The notes below the pieces were generated by a model. The model ran no database searches and was not told where the DNA came from. It was given only the letters and a program-made list of their open reading frames with translations. Below, in pieces: positions 13,401 to 25,796 of a stretch of 64,000 nt of DNA. The stretch lies in contig JBHGNT010000003.1 of NCBI GenBank assembly GCA_043228905.1, forward strand, positions 7,688,001-7,752,000, written 5' to 3'. The position numbers and the translations under genes are program-made. Source of the stretch: Azolla caroliniana (taxonomy: Eukaryota; Plantae; Polypodiophyta). Every line of letters starts with the position of its first letter. Position 1 is the first letter of the stretch.

Positions 13401-15462
13401 TAATGCTCAAGTCTACATGAAGTATTCCTCACGATAGAATTTACCGTCAGATTGCAAAATAGACAGTATGATAGCTATGATGTGGAAGTCCCAGAGATGA
13501 TGCAGCCGATATTTTTGGAGGACTCAAGGACATATAGGACCAAATAACATAGGATATGGAAAACCTCAATTTAGAGTTAGGGTCTCAACATCACCTAGTC
13601 ATCCACAACTGGATAAACACACATTCTAGTGACCTTATATATTTCCCACTCACTCAGAGGAAGTGGGTGCGAACCTCATACAATGTTAAGAAGTCCATCC
13701 ACTGCCTTCAACATGGATGAGTGTCTTGACCACACAGGACTACAAGACTAACACCTCATATACGAGTTAAGCACTGTTTCCACTATCCTTGCACGCATGT
13801 TCAATAGGGCGTTGGTAGAGTGTCGGCCCATCACATGGACCATGCACACGATTGTGCCTATCCATAATTTAGAAGAGCCCCTCCAACCAGGAAACTATCA
13901 AAGCATGATGATTGACCATACACAGGCCAAAATTGTATGGCATAGTGGATGATACAGAACTCAAGGCTTACAATCAGGAGGTCAAAGAGATACAAACCCC
14001 CTGCCAAGTGGCATTTCAAAGAGCCTTCTCTATCACCAAGCACGTCCTTGCATTACATTGCTTGGTGAACAAAACAAAAGCGTAAAAGAAGCAATTGTAT
14101 GGATGTTTTGTACATTTCCAGAAGGCATTTGATCTTGTACCCAGGCAACGTCTCCTATAAAAACTCCGTACAAACAAAATTGCAACTGACATGATGTGGG
14201 CAATATATGCAATTTATGAGCAAGTATTGGGAAGAGTTAGGTGTCCAGCAGACCTATCAGAGGTAATCACAATCACCATTGGTTTGATGCAAGGATGTCT
14301 ACTCTCACGTACCCTCTTTGGCAAGGTAGCAAACTACATCACGCAAGGAGTTGGCAACTAAATCAATATTTTAGGTAGCCCCTCTTCATATTCTTCTTTG
14401 TGCTACTGCATAATCTTGTTCTCTGAATCTCATACAGGTTCCACAACATCATCTCAATGCCATTGATGGTCTTTGATGAGAAAAAACGTTTACCATGAAC
14501 CACGGAAAGACCATTTCCATTATCTTCCATACATCTGTGCCAACTTGCCAAAAAGCTATCTTCATCCCATCAAGAGTTCCTATGAATTCCTATGAATATC
14601 TAGGATTTACATTTACAAAGTTTCTCTATCATCCAAGAATAGGAGTTTCTCTATGATCCAAGCCACCAAAGATCCACTCACTTAAGGATATGCACCTCTA
14701 ACCATGCTAGAACGATAATGACACCAACATACTTTGAAGATCCCAGTACCAAAGTATGGTTATTCAACTCCATGATCACCCCAGTCCTCATGTACAATGA
14801 GGTCATAAAAGATGAGGTGAAGTGCATGGCTCGAGAGTTGTGTGCCAAATGCTACAGGACATATAATGTATGCAATGGTGTGTGTATGAGACTACATTTC
14901 ACATGCAGATACTGTAGTGATAAATCCATAATTATTGCAGTCAGCATAGACGAATCTAGGAAAGCAACATTTGGAATGCAATGATTTGGACTTTCAGGTA
15001 TATTGCAAGAACAATTGATTATGGATTTGTTGTGTGACCAAATTTTAACTTTGAGTAATGTAGTTGCAAATGTTGATTCTAATTATGAGGGAGATCTAGA
15101 TAATAGAAAATCAATAGCTGGCTATGATCCAAATTGGGTGGAGCATTGATTTCATTGAAGCATTTCCTACAATCTATAATTTCATTGTTTAGTTCTGAGG
15201 CTGAGTATAATGGTAGCCGCCGAAGCAAGAACAGAAGAAGGGACTTGGTTTTAGGCAAGAAAGTATTCAGTTGTAATGTAACAGTGAAAGTAACTATAAA
15301 TTTTGTCAAAAATAAAGCATTTCATGCGAGGTGAAGGATACCCCCACCTGTGACAATGGCGGTGAGGTTGGAAGCATCAATGCCACGGCTGACCTCCTCT
15401 GCAGTGGACGAAGAAGAGAATCCATAGCCGTTGTCGTTGGGTCGCCAGAAAAACCAGGCCAT
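7427..15462 (-). CDS. TIC32: Short-chain dehydrogenase/reductase, Tic32-like (retinol-DH-like SDR), 8 exons, 317 aa. Exons: 15348-15462, 11896-12127, 10853-10932, 10545-10698, 10366-10444, 10138-10219, 8034-8080, 7427-7591
   Basis: Spliced by hand. All 7 introns are GT..AG and phase-compatible; total 954 nt. Motifs: [26 protein letters not shown]|AGSGLG (TGxxxGxG), [26 protein letters not shown], catalytic [41 protein letters not shown]. The symbol is a family-level assignment, not proven orthology. Confidence 0.93.
8560..9840 (+). mobile_element. Probable degenerate LINE-derived fragment in SDR intron 6
   Basis: GC-elevated, coding-like block in an AT-rich intron with a texture similar to the intron-1 LINE. 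No clean diagnostic motif read. Confidence 0.4.
12550..14850 (+). mobile_element. Degenerate LINE (endonuclease/RT remnant) in SDR intron 1, antisense to the gene
   Basis: About 14085-14145 reads [20 protein letters not shown] (DFxKAFD motif) and about 14281-14320 reads [13 protein letters not shown] (GxxQGCPLSPxLF motif of non-LTR RT). Boundaries approximate. Confidence 0.75.
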
Positions 15463-15599
15463 GGCCGTTCTGCTAGATTGGATTCGATTTGGATTCACGG
15501 AAAGAAGGGACAGGGGATGGGAAATGCAGAGATTATATCGATACAGAAAACAGGGGAATGGGAAATGCAGAGGATTATATGGATACAGGCATGCACGCA

Positions 15600-15812
15600 T
15601 ACATCTTTCCTAATACCTATACATACATACATTTACATACATACATACATTATGATACATACATACATACATGTATAAATTTATGTATGTATGTATGTGT
15701 GAGTATGTATGTATGTTTGTTTGTATGTGGTGAGTATGTATGTATGTATGTACATATATACACACATACAAACTTACATACATTTATGTATGTATAAATT
15801 TATGTATGTATG

Positions 15813-15845
<33 letters not shown>

Positions 15846-16033
15846 GTACGTATGTATGTGTGTGTGTGTGTATGTGTGTGTGTGTGTGTGTGTGATTATG
15901 CATGTGTATGTATGTATGTATGTATGTGTGTGTGTGTGTGTGTGTGTGAGTATGTATGTATGTATGTATGTATGTATGTATGTATGTATGTATGTATGTA
16001 TGTATGTGTGTGTGTATGTGCATGTGTGTGTGT

Positions 16034-16112
<79 letters not shown>
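15600..16112. repeat. Compound microsatellite (CATA/TATG)n and (TG)n immediately upstream of the SDR gene
   Basis: Directly visible; explains the spurious HT- and CV-repeat ORFs. Confidence 0.97.
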
Positions 16113-16114
<2 letters not shown>

Positions 16115-16749
16115 TAACTCATGTCTAACTGCTACCAAATCATAAAGAGGGTTGGCAAGCTAATCACAGTTTCTGAGGGTAAAAACATAAAATCGACATC
16201 AAAATGTTACACCATAATTCCAAGAAAAAACCTCAATCTTCCAATTACACAAAACATAATACATAAAAACTTCAAGTTACAAAATATATAATCACAAAAT
16301 GTCCAATATCTAACTTTACTTCATGTTCGCAATCGAAGTCCAAAACCTTAAGGATGAAAACTGAGTCCAACGTAAGACACGATCATAGCTCATGTGGGGA
16401 TGATGGAAAAATGCAACCACAAATTTTGCAGCAATCAACATTCGAGTCCCTTGAGAATGTTTCAATCATTCGAGTATGGTAAATACTAAACACCCTTGAA
16501 GTATGGTAAATACCATACTTTTGTATTCATTATTTATTATAAGATAAAAAAAACTTTAAGGTAAGAAAGTTAACGTAAAAAGTATAAAAAAAAAACATGA
16601 GAATGTTTTGATAACATACTCATTCGTATGAAAAAGAATGTTTGCCAATGCATTCGAGTATATTACCGTTTACGTACTATGATGCAAACATTGAAGCTTC
16701 TCAATCTCACATATTGGCAACCGCATCCTAGCCCGACTTGCACCTCTCT

Positions 16750-19440
16750 TTAGTCTTCCGGTGTGGGATGTGGAAGTATTTGGGGAGCTTCCAATAATTT
16801 ATTGTGAGATGTCGATCGTCGCTCCTCTTTTCGCACCAATTTATTGCTTCCAACTTATGGATACTGCTCCTTTGTTAATTGTATTTGGTGCAGCGAAACT
16901 ATACATCTTTTGCCGCAGATCTGCCATTTGTTGCAGACAAACCTCAAGTGTTGTTCATTCGATGGATCCTAACCCTTGCTTGAGCCATCCAACAGCTTCC
17001 TCGGTTAATTGAATTTGAGACTTGCATGATTCCATGTCTCTTTGTTCAAGCTTTGTCTCCACGTCTGTTTCTGGCTCTACCTCTATCTCCACTTCTGTGG
17101 TTGTGATATCTCGCATTCACATTTGGGCCACATGATCTATAGTAACGACCCACATAGGGATGGCATATGCCTCTCAATGATCATTCGAATTCTAAGTAAA
17201 TGCTTTAATTTACTTGCTAGGTCTTGGCAATCACGATATGAGATTGGGAGCGAGACATTATATACCATAGATTGGAATTCAATGGTCATGCTCAATATTT
17301 TAAACCAATATCGGGCCTCATCCACAATATGCAATGTGTTGGTATCTAACACATATCTTTATAGTATCTTCTCAGCCTCTTTAAGTCTTGTCCTTTGATC
17401 CCTACAATTTGCACGAGGCCCAAACCTACCTCTATCACATATTTCTTGTCATTGCATGTACCATTCTATGACGGTTCCTTTGATGCAAGTGTTGGTTTCA
17501 CTATCCCCGATCAAGATATGCACTAGATTGGTAATAGATTGGTTTATTCTCCCTCTCAAGGTGGGATACTTGATAAATTGCCAATGTCTCTCTACAATAT
17601 TGGTAGTGTTAGCATGTCCGTAGTTGAATAATCTACCAAACTTGGGCCATAGTTTCCTCTACACACATGTGAAGCCACACCATCCTCCTTTGATATATTG
17701 CTAAACATTGGGTTTGTCCACATACTCTATATTTAACTCCTCACACATCACATTGAACGCCAATTCTGTTATGCAATGCATGAGTTGGCACATCCGTCGA
17801 TAAATATAGTTTCTCTCGGCAACACTTAGTTTGGGCAACAAGTTTTCCACCCATGATTTTTTTGCATGGAACTGACACAACAAAAAGTGACAATGTGTTT
17901 GCGACCGTCGCACATTTGCAACAATCCAAGATTGACGGTCTTGAGCAACCACATTAGATATGGCATTAAATGATGTCCAACATTTATCGATCACTATTGC
18001 ATTTGGCCTCCCCTTGGGCATCCTTGTGAATATGACTCACAAGCAAGTTTCGAGTTCAATTTGCTCATGGTCTCACCCCTTATCAAAACTTCATATCATG
18101 TACCATAATGGGATCCCAATCCCTATGGCATTTAGGGCAACCGTAGCATATAATGGTAGCCTGAATTGGTTTGTTTTAATCGTTGAGTCGATTGCCCAAG
18201 AGTTGTTTTGCAGCAACAACTCACACATTTCCAACATCCATTTATCTGTAAGGATCATAATTAAATGGTTGCCTAATGGGAAATCATGGTTCACCAAGCA
18301 AGTAGGGTTGGACATGAGCCACTTTTTCCAAGATCTCGGAGTGCATATGCATCTTGCATCATCAATGACCGATCAACATATGACATGAAACTCTCGATTT
18401 TTAAGGCATTTGCCATGTTATGAACCTCCTTTGGTATCATAAAAAACCTATAACCATAGATTGACATATTCGCATTCGTGGAGTTTCCCATTCGAATGTA
18501 AACGAATGCGAATGCGAATGGGTAGTCAAGTATTCGTTTTACACCCTACCCCCCCCCCAAAAAAATAGGAATAATAAAAGAGGGACTTTGGGGACTTGAC
18601 ACTACTAAATTTTTATAATAAATGTATAGTCGTTTTATTTTTAATAAATAAATAAAATAAAATAAAGGCTCATTAATTTCTCACTTTTTATTTCCTCAAA
18701 ATTTATGGATATTTTTATCTTGACATTAAAAATGGTACTTCAAACCAATCATATCTTCAAAGTTCATACTAATCATATCTTCAAAGTTCATACTAATCAT
18801 ATCTTCAAAGTTCATACTAATCATATTTGTATAATAAATATAAAAATATTCGTTTTAAAAAAATTAATTAATTAAAATAAGTTTCATAAACTCTCTTAAC
18901 ACTATAATCTATTAATGAATAATTGTTTTTTTGGTGAAATACATTTATTTAAATAAATAAATAATTTTTTATATTTATTTTACAAAACGAATGGTTTTTT
19001 AATATTCTTGGGGCCATTTTGTATTCTCGAATATTGAGAATATTGCGCATGGAGAATATCACGAATATCACGCATGTGTCAATCTATGCCTATAACTAAC
19101 AAGTTCTAGTGGACTAGCCTTGCACTTGTGATATGCCTCTTTATGCATGCTCATTCATGCAAACATGCCTTGCACACTCTAACATCAAATAGCTTTATCT
19201 TTGCAACAATTTATGACATTTGGGTGTGTTGGCAAATGGTACACATCTGGTCTACTACCTGATACATGACCACTATTGAAATGGTCATCTGGTCCATCTA
19301 TTGAAATGGCCATGGTCCCATGGTCATTGTCGTCCTCAGATGTAGTGGAGTATGAAGACGGCATGATCAGAATCATCCTTTGACATTTTGCAAAGATTGA
19401 GACAACTTCACTGTTCATCATGACGGCAAGAAGGAAATCT
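16750..19440 (-). mobile_element. Degenerate Mutator-like (MULE) transposase remnant
   Basis: WAIDSTIKTNQFRLPLYATVALNAIGIGIPLWYM (18091-18315) and RPNAIVIDKCWTSFNAI...LLCQFHAKKSW (17701-18021) fit the MULE DDE domain (DST.KTN, second D, LCxFH). Multiple stops and frameshifts; termini not identified. Confidence 0.72.
18455..19088. mobile_element. Second non-autonomous hAT-type element, inserted in the MULE transposase remnant
   Basis: TIRs CATAGATTGACA / TGTCAATCTATG and perfect 8-bp TSD CCTATAAC (18447-18454 and 19089-19096). Subterminal ATTCG/CGAAT motifs and an internal 24-bp tandem repeat (AATCATATCTTCAAAGTTCATACT x3). Confidence 0.92.
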
Positions 19441-22143
19441 TCCCGCCAAGTACTATATGATTAAACTCAAAATTGATAACTTTCAAATTAGGAAGCTGGT
19501 ATGTAATTTTCTCAGATTATTGTGTGATTATTCTGTGCTCAATTAGGAAAATGAGTGTGAATATAGGAGTTGGAGTGTTGATCAAGCTATTTATCTGGAT
19601 GTTAATTTGATCGTTGGAAACCATCATTACAGATAGTTGACCACGATCAGTAGGGCATTTGATTTTAGCTAGCCATTTGAAATTAGTAGGGCGTCTAAAA
19701 TTAGCTGGGATTAAGTGATTTCAATCTCCAAGATACTACATTTTTTCATACATGTGTGTTGTGCATGATCTATGTCACCCCATTCGTGGTACATATTTAC
19801 CATATGATTGCCCAAAGCCAAGTGACTTCATTTGGTTTCACAGAGCATTCAACATATGTTGCAATCATATGAATTGGATTTGAGCATGTATTTTAATACC
19901 ATATGTTGCAAAGCATTTAGTAAAACTTGGTCATCCATTCATATACTACAAATCTTTATGATATACAAAATGTGCCAAAGAGTGTATTCATATACAGAAT
20001 GGGCCAATTGCAAAATGGCTTATTTATATAAAAAATGTGCAAAAGAGTATATTCATATACATGATCAAGATTATACAAAATGAGGCCTTCATATATATAT
20101 GAAGGCGTATACAAATTGTTCTCTCTACAAAAGTGGTAGATTCATATACATATGAAGACATATACAAAATGTTCTCTCTACAAAACATACAAAATGTGCC
20201 ATATACAGAAATTCCCATAGCTATGAAATCGAAAATCTCAAAATCCTTCAAGCCCATTTTGCCATGTTTCTCCAAAAGAGATTTACGTCCTCGCATCCGA
20301 ACTAGTTCTCTATACCATGTACAAAATGTGCCACTATAAGAACCAACCCATTACTTATAAAAGTTCCGTGCAATCCACATGTCATGCCATACTTACAAAA
20401 TTGTGTGATTCGAAGCCGTGGATGAACTCCTCCACTAGCATCTGAATGGTCTGCATCACATGATAGCCACAATCCCACCCATTGGGTTGGGTTAGGATAT
20501 GCACTTGGTGATGTCAACCATTCGTTACGATGCAATGGTCATCATTGCCACTATATATGGTCCATGTGGCCATCTCTGCTAGTCTCTTCAAAGTGCCTAT
20601 TGCATCATTATTCAGTGGATCACAATAGAGTACCTGGCTGATCACCTTTGTAGCATCGACACATTGTGAATTGTGATGCATCTTCGTCCACAACACCTTT
20701 TTCTTTGCACATTATTTTCCTTTGAGAACAAAAAGGTTGTCAACATTGTGAGGTTGTTTTGGTTATGAGGTTTAAAAGTCTTGAGGATTGTGTGGGGATA
20801 AATTGTTGAGAGGCCATATGCATAGCTCATACATGTACATGTACTGCATAAAAGTGGTTTGATCCCACTCGTCAATCTTGAGACATTAACTATTGTTCAT
20901 CATTTGTATCTTACTTTGATCTCCCCTTGTGTTTTTTGTCACCACACATATCAAGCTCTTGGGTTGCACCTGGCTCTCTCACATCTTCCACTTTCACTCC
21001 TCTAAATCCAGTCATCCTCACCTCCGATCATCCATCCTATTGTGCCATGCACTTAGTCTTCTCTAGTTTGAACTTGGTTCCAATGTTTTCATAATGTATG
21101 TAAGTACAACTCCATGCATGTAAATGTCAAATCAATGTGGCAATTTCATCACTCTTAACTCATTTAATTAGCAATCAATTAATCTATATTCCGCCGGATG
21201 AAGCTCAAACCATTAATGTTCATAGTGCGACAAGATGGGTAGTTTCATGCAATACCAACCCCACTTCAAACAACAAATCAATAATGAGTTACAAAACAAC
21301 TCTTCTTAAGCCAACAATAAAGAGGAATTTATTCCTCAAATGTTGGAAGGTCGATGAATGCATGTGAGAATTCAGTTCCAATTTCCAATGTGATCGCGGA
21401 TCCTTCTTAAAGTTGGTGAATTCCCTAAACAACATCCTTTCAAGCCAAAGTCTAGGCCAGGTTTCTCAACTAACCTTCTTGGTACAGACTGCTCAAGGTG
21501 GAGATAAATCATTGCTTAAATCAACACTTGTCCATCCATCATCATCATTGGTTGCATCATCAGTTAATGGCATCAACAATGTCATCAATTATGTCAATAA
21601 TCTGGAAAATCCTTGAATATACTTGCATTTTACTTACCAAGTTGCCAATCTCAGCAGATCTAGTAAGCTACAAGCCCACTACATGTCATTACTTATGTCA
21701 ATAGTCTAGTGGGCTACAATGTCATCACTTCTGTCAATAATCTGGAAGATTCTGAACATCCTTTAGCTTTAACTTCCTAATTTCCCCAGCCCTAGTGCGC
21801 TATGAGCCCTTCCCTAAATCTTGTCAATACCAATTTGTGAGGCTCATGTTAGGTATGCCTTCTCTAGTTCTCATTTTGGCATGTTATATTGCATAATTCT
21901 TGCCATGGCTGTGAAAAGGCAAGAATGATGACGAGCTTCTTAGAGGATAATGAATCGAGTAGAGATGAGCCGCCATCACCAATCTAATGGCATTCATTAA
22001 ATACCCACAACTGCATCATCTCTCCTATGAGGAAAACTAAAAGCTTTGATGTTTTTTTTAAGCAAAACATCTTGACACTTCATATAGATAGCTCTATGTT
22101 GCGCATTTGTTTAAATTCTCAACAGAAAATGGGTGAGCCATTT

Positions 22144-25122
22144 CTATTCATATCCATCCATGAACTTGGTGCACCATAAATTGCTTTGAGCAGCATAGTT
22201 TATATAAATATTGTTTTCTGCATCTTCTTTTAAGGCAGCAGCAACATAAATATTGGACATCAATACATAAGCTGCACCATTGTTAGGGTCTAGCTGTACT
22301 TTTTGTTCAAAGGCAAATCTCCCAAGCTGCACATTGCCCCATTTTTGGCATGCACCCAATAAAGCATCCCAAACTAGGAAGTAATGAGAAGATGGCATTT
22401 TCACAATCACTTCCACTGCCTTACCAAAACGTCCAGCACGACCAAATAAATCAACCATACAAGTGTAATGATCTAAATCAGGTATGATACCATATTTTCT
22501 ATACATAAGTATAAAGCACATTTCCCCCTCATCCACTAGACCTGAATGACTGCATGCATTCATAACACAAAGAAAGTTGACTGCATCCGGGGAGAGTCCC
22601 TTAGTTTGCATCCTCTTGAAACAATCCACTGCTTCCTCAACTTGCCCCTTTAGGGCATATCCAGCAATCAATGAATTCCAAGATGCCACATCGTGGACAC
22701 AAATCTCATCAAACACCTGCTCTGCTTTCTCCATTACACCACATTTTGCATACATATCCACCAAAGTAGTGGTAAGCATGGTATCTTTTTCCAACAGCCC
22801 CTTATATAGAATCTCATCATGAATTTGTTTACCCTTGCCAAAAGCCCCTGCACTGCCACAAGCTTTCAAGATGCAGCCAAAGGTGATAGCATCTGGTGGG
22901 AGACCTTCAATTTGCATGAGGTTGAAACATTTCAACGCTTCTTCACCTTGCCCTTGTTGGGCATATCCTGCAATGAGTGCATTCCATAAGACTACATCTC
23001 GAAGAAAAACCTCATCAAAAACTTGCTCTGCACTTTCCAATGAACCACATTTCACATACATATCCAGTAGGGCAGTGCCAAGAAAAACATCTTTGCCTAG
23101 AAATCCCTTATCGAGAATCACATTGTGGATTTCTTTTCCTTTATCAAGGAAACCTGTATTTCCACAAGCTTTTAAGATGCAAATATATGTCACAGAATCT
23201 GGTGAGAGGCCCTCGGTTTGTAGTTTTTCGAAATAGCTCAATGCATCCTCACTTCGTCCATGTTGGACATATCCTGCAATAAGAGCATTGCAAGAAACTA
23301 TGTCTCGACCTGGCAATTCACAAAAAACTTCTTGTGATTTTTCAAAAACACCACATTTTGCATACATATCCACCAAGGCATTGCCAAGTACAACATCTTT
23401 TGCAAGCAATCCCTTTCTAAGTATCTCTTCATGGATTACTTTGCCAAAATCAACCAACCCTGTGCTGCCACATGCCTTCAAGACAGAGATGAAGGTGATG
23501 CCATCAGGAGAGAGACCCTCATTTCGCATACACCTGAAGCATTCTAGTGCTTCCTTACCTTGCCCCTTCTGAGTATATCCTGTGATAAGTGCATTCCATG
23601 AGACTTCATCTCTAATGGGGAGCTCATAAAGTACTCTTTGCGCTTTCTCCAACAAACCACATTTTGCATACATGTCCACCAAAGCATTGCCAAGAATAAT
23701 ATCTTTCTGAAGAAACCCCTTATTCACAATCTCCTCATGAATTTGTTTACACTTATCAGCAGAACCTATGCTTCCACATGCTCTCGCAATGCAAACATAG
23801 GTGATGATATCTGGTGTGAAGCCCTCACGTTGCATATAATTGAAACAATTTAGTGCTGCTTCACCATGCCCTTGTTGAGAGTATCCTGCGATGATTGTAT
23901 TCCACAAGACTAGATTCCGAGCACGGAGTTTTCTAAATACTTGCTCGGCATTTCTCAATGCACCACATTTAGCATACATATCCACCAATGCAGTATCAAG
24001 CACTATATCTTCTCCTAGCAACCCATTTCTGACTATATCATCATGAATTTGTTTGCCCTTCATAAGTGCACCAGTGTTAGCACAAGCTTTCAAGATAGAA
24101 CTGAAGGTAATGGCATCTGGAGAAAGCCCCTTGCTTTTCATTTCTTTGAAACAGTTCAATGCTTCCTCACCCTGTCCGTGTTGTACATAACCCACAATAA
24201 GTGCATTCCAAGACACAATGTTGGGGATGACAAGTTCATCAAACACTTCTTTTGCTCTTTCCATTGCACCGAATTTCGCATACATATCTACCAAAGCAGT
24301 TCCAAGAACAACATCCCCTCCTAGCAATCCCTTACACATGATCTCATCATGGATTTTCTTTCCTTTCTCAACAGCCTTAATGCTAGCGCATGCTTTTGAT
24401 ACACAGATGAACGTGATGGAGTTTGGCAAAATCCCCTCTCTTTGCATCCGTTCAAAACAGTCCAAAGCTTCTGAACCTTGTCCTTGTTGGGTGTAACCTG
24501 TTATGATAGTATTCCAGGAAACCACATTTCTAATGACAAGTTTTTCGAGCATTTTCTCTGCCTTTTTCAACTCGCCACATTTGGCATACATATCAACCAA
24601 AGCATTACCAAGTATGATATCTTTTCCCAAAAAACCTTTTTCAACAATCTCATCATAGATTTGATCCCCTTTCACAACATCTCTTATGCTACCACATGCT
24701 TTCAATATGCAAACAAAAGTTATAGAATTTGGGGAGATGCCTTCACTTTGCATACATTCGAAGCAATTCAATGCCTCTTTTCCTTGTTTTTGCTTAACAT
24801 ACCCTGAAATTAGTGCATTCCAAGTAGCAACATTTCTCAGATTAAGTCCAGTAAGAACTTCTCGAGACTTACCAAGAGCGCCACACTTTGCATACATACT
24901 AACTAATATGCCCCCTACGTGAGGGATTGTTTCAAGTAAACCTTTGTTAACAATATCAACATGTATTCTACTTCCTTTCACCAAATCCTTACTCTCTCCA
25001 CAAGCTTTGAGAAATCTGACAAGTTGGATGCATTCCTTGACATTATCATGCCTTTCTTTGCTTTCTTTTTCCGCATTTATCGCATTCAGTTTCGGCATCT
25101 GCATCATTCCCTTTAATCTCAT
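22144..25122 (-). CDS. PLS-class pentatricopeptide repeat protein with C-terminal E domain and no DYW domain (putative organellar RNA editing factor), intronless, 992 aa
   Basis: Eight LVDMYAKCG-type S motifs at 306-nt (102-aa) spacing alternate with WNALIxGY (P) and TFICVLKAC (L) motifs. These are followed by P2-L2-S2 (ACSHSGLVDEG, HYTCMVDLFGRAG) and E motifs (WDALLGAC, AAYVLMSNIY). Confidence 0.95.
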   Translation of the reverse strand: MRLKGMMQMPKLNAINAEKESKERHDNVKECIQLVRFLKACGESKDLVKGSRIHVDIVNKGLLETIPHVGGILVSMYAKCGALGKSREVLTGLNLRNVATWNALISGYVKQKQGKEALNCFECMQSEGISPNSITFVCILKACGSIRDVVKGDQIYDEIVEKGFLGKDIILGNALVDMYAKCGELKKAEKMLEKLVIRNVVSWNTIITGYTQQGQGSEALDCFERMQREGILPNSITFICVSKACASIKAVEKGKKIHDEIMCKGLLGGDVVLGTALVDMYAKFGAMERAKEVFDELVIPNIVSWNALIVGYVQHGQGEEALNCFKEMKSKGLSPDAITFSSILKACANTGALMKGKQIHDDIVRNGLLGEDIVLDTALVDMYAKCGALRNAEQVFRKLRARNLVLWNTIIAGYSQQGHGEAALNCFNYMQREGFTPDIITYVCIARACGSIGSADKCKQIHEEIVNKGFLQKDIILGNALVDMYAKCGLLEKAQRVLYELPIRDEVSWNALITGYTQKGQGKEALECFRCMRNEGLSPDGITFISVLKACGSTGLVDFGKVIHEEILRKGLLAKDVVLGNALVDMYAKCGVFEKSQEVFCELPGRDIVSCNALIAGYVQHGRSEDALSYFEKLQTEGLSPDSVTYICILKACGNTGFLDKGKEIHNVILDKGFLGKDVFLGTALLDMYVKCGSLESAEQVFDEVFLRDVVLWNALIAGYAQQGQGEEALKCFNLMQIEGLPPDAITFGCILKACGSAGAFGKGKQIHDEILYKGLLEKDTMLTTTLVDMYAKCGVMEKAEQVFDEICVHDVASWNSLIAGYALKGQVEEAVDCFKRMQTKGLSPDAVNFLCVMNACSHSGLVDEGEMCFILMYRKYGIIPDLDHYTCMVDLFGRAGRFGKAVEVIVKMPSSHYFLVWDALLGACQKWGNVQLGRFAFEQKVQLDPNNGAAYVLMSNIYVAAALKEDAENNIYINYAAQSNLWCTKFMDGYE

Positions 25123-25364
25123 CAGGGCACCATTTTCTCAAAGAACGTGGTCTTCCTCCTCTTCTTCTTCTTCTCCTCCTCCTTCTTCATCTTCTGCTGC
25201 CGCTACTGCGGCTCTACCCTGTTCCATAGCTTCAGAGCTTTGCAGCTAATCCCAAGTGGCTATGCTGTGGGGACATATGATTAAACGATGATTTTTGGGA
25301 AATCTCTGGAATACCCCTTAGCTTTTCTTTGGAAAATCTCCAAAAATGCCCCCCTCTCCCCACG

Positions 25365-25796
25365 AAACCATTTAAACCGAATCATTACAAAAAAAATTCA
25401 AGCTCAAGCCAAACGGTTTTAGAGACTTTCAAACCTTTAATCCGTTAAATCATTAAAACCACGGTTTCATGGTTCGGTTTTGGTTTACAAGTTAGGTCAA
25501 ATTTCAATTTTTGCACATTTTAATTTGAAAATTTGAAAATTTTTCAATATTTCAAAACTTAAATATTTTTCTTAAAATGTTCAAAAACATATATAAGAAA
25601 ATTATTGAGTGGCAAACCTAAACTGTTAAACCGACAAAGGCTCAAACCAAGCCGAATTGAATCGGTAAAACCCTAAACCAAACCAAACAATTTACAAAAA
25701 CTTCAACTTGAACCAAACAGAACCGAACCTGTTTTAACCATTAAGTCATAATTTCGTAGTTTGGTTCGGTTCAAACCGAACCGTTGTCAATTGTTA
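25365..25796. mobile_element. Truncated, diverged relative of the 6281-6727 hAT MITE, upstream of the PPR gene
   Basis: Right end CCGTTGTCAATTGTTA (25781-25796) matches the TIR at 13/16 positions and the AACCG/CGGTT-rich interior is similar. Left TIR not found. Confidence 0.7.

Noticed and set aside
15784-16145. HT-, YVC- and CV-repeat ORFs
   Set aside because: Translations of the microsatellite.
22577-25249. Multiple plus-strand ORFs overlapping the PPR gene
   Set aside because: Antisense shadows of a repetitive coding sequence.
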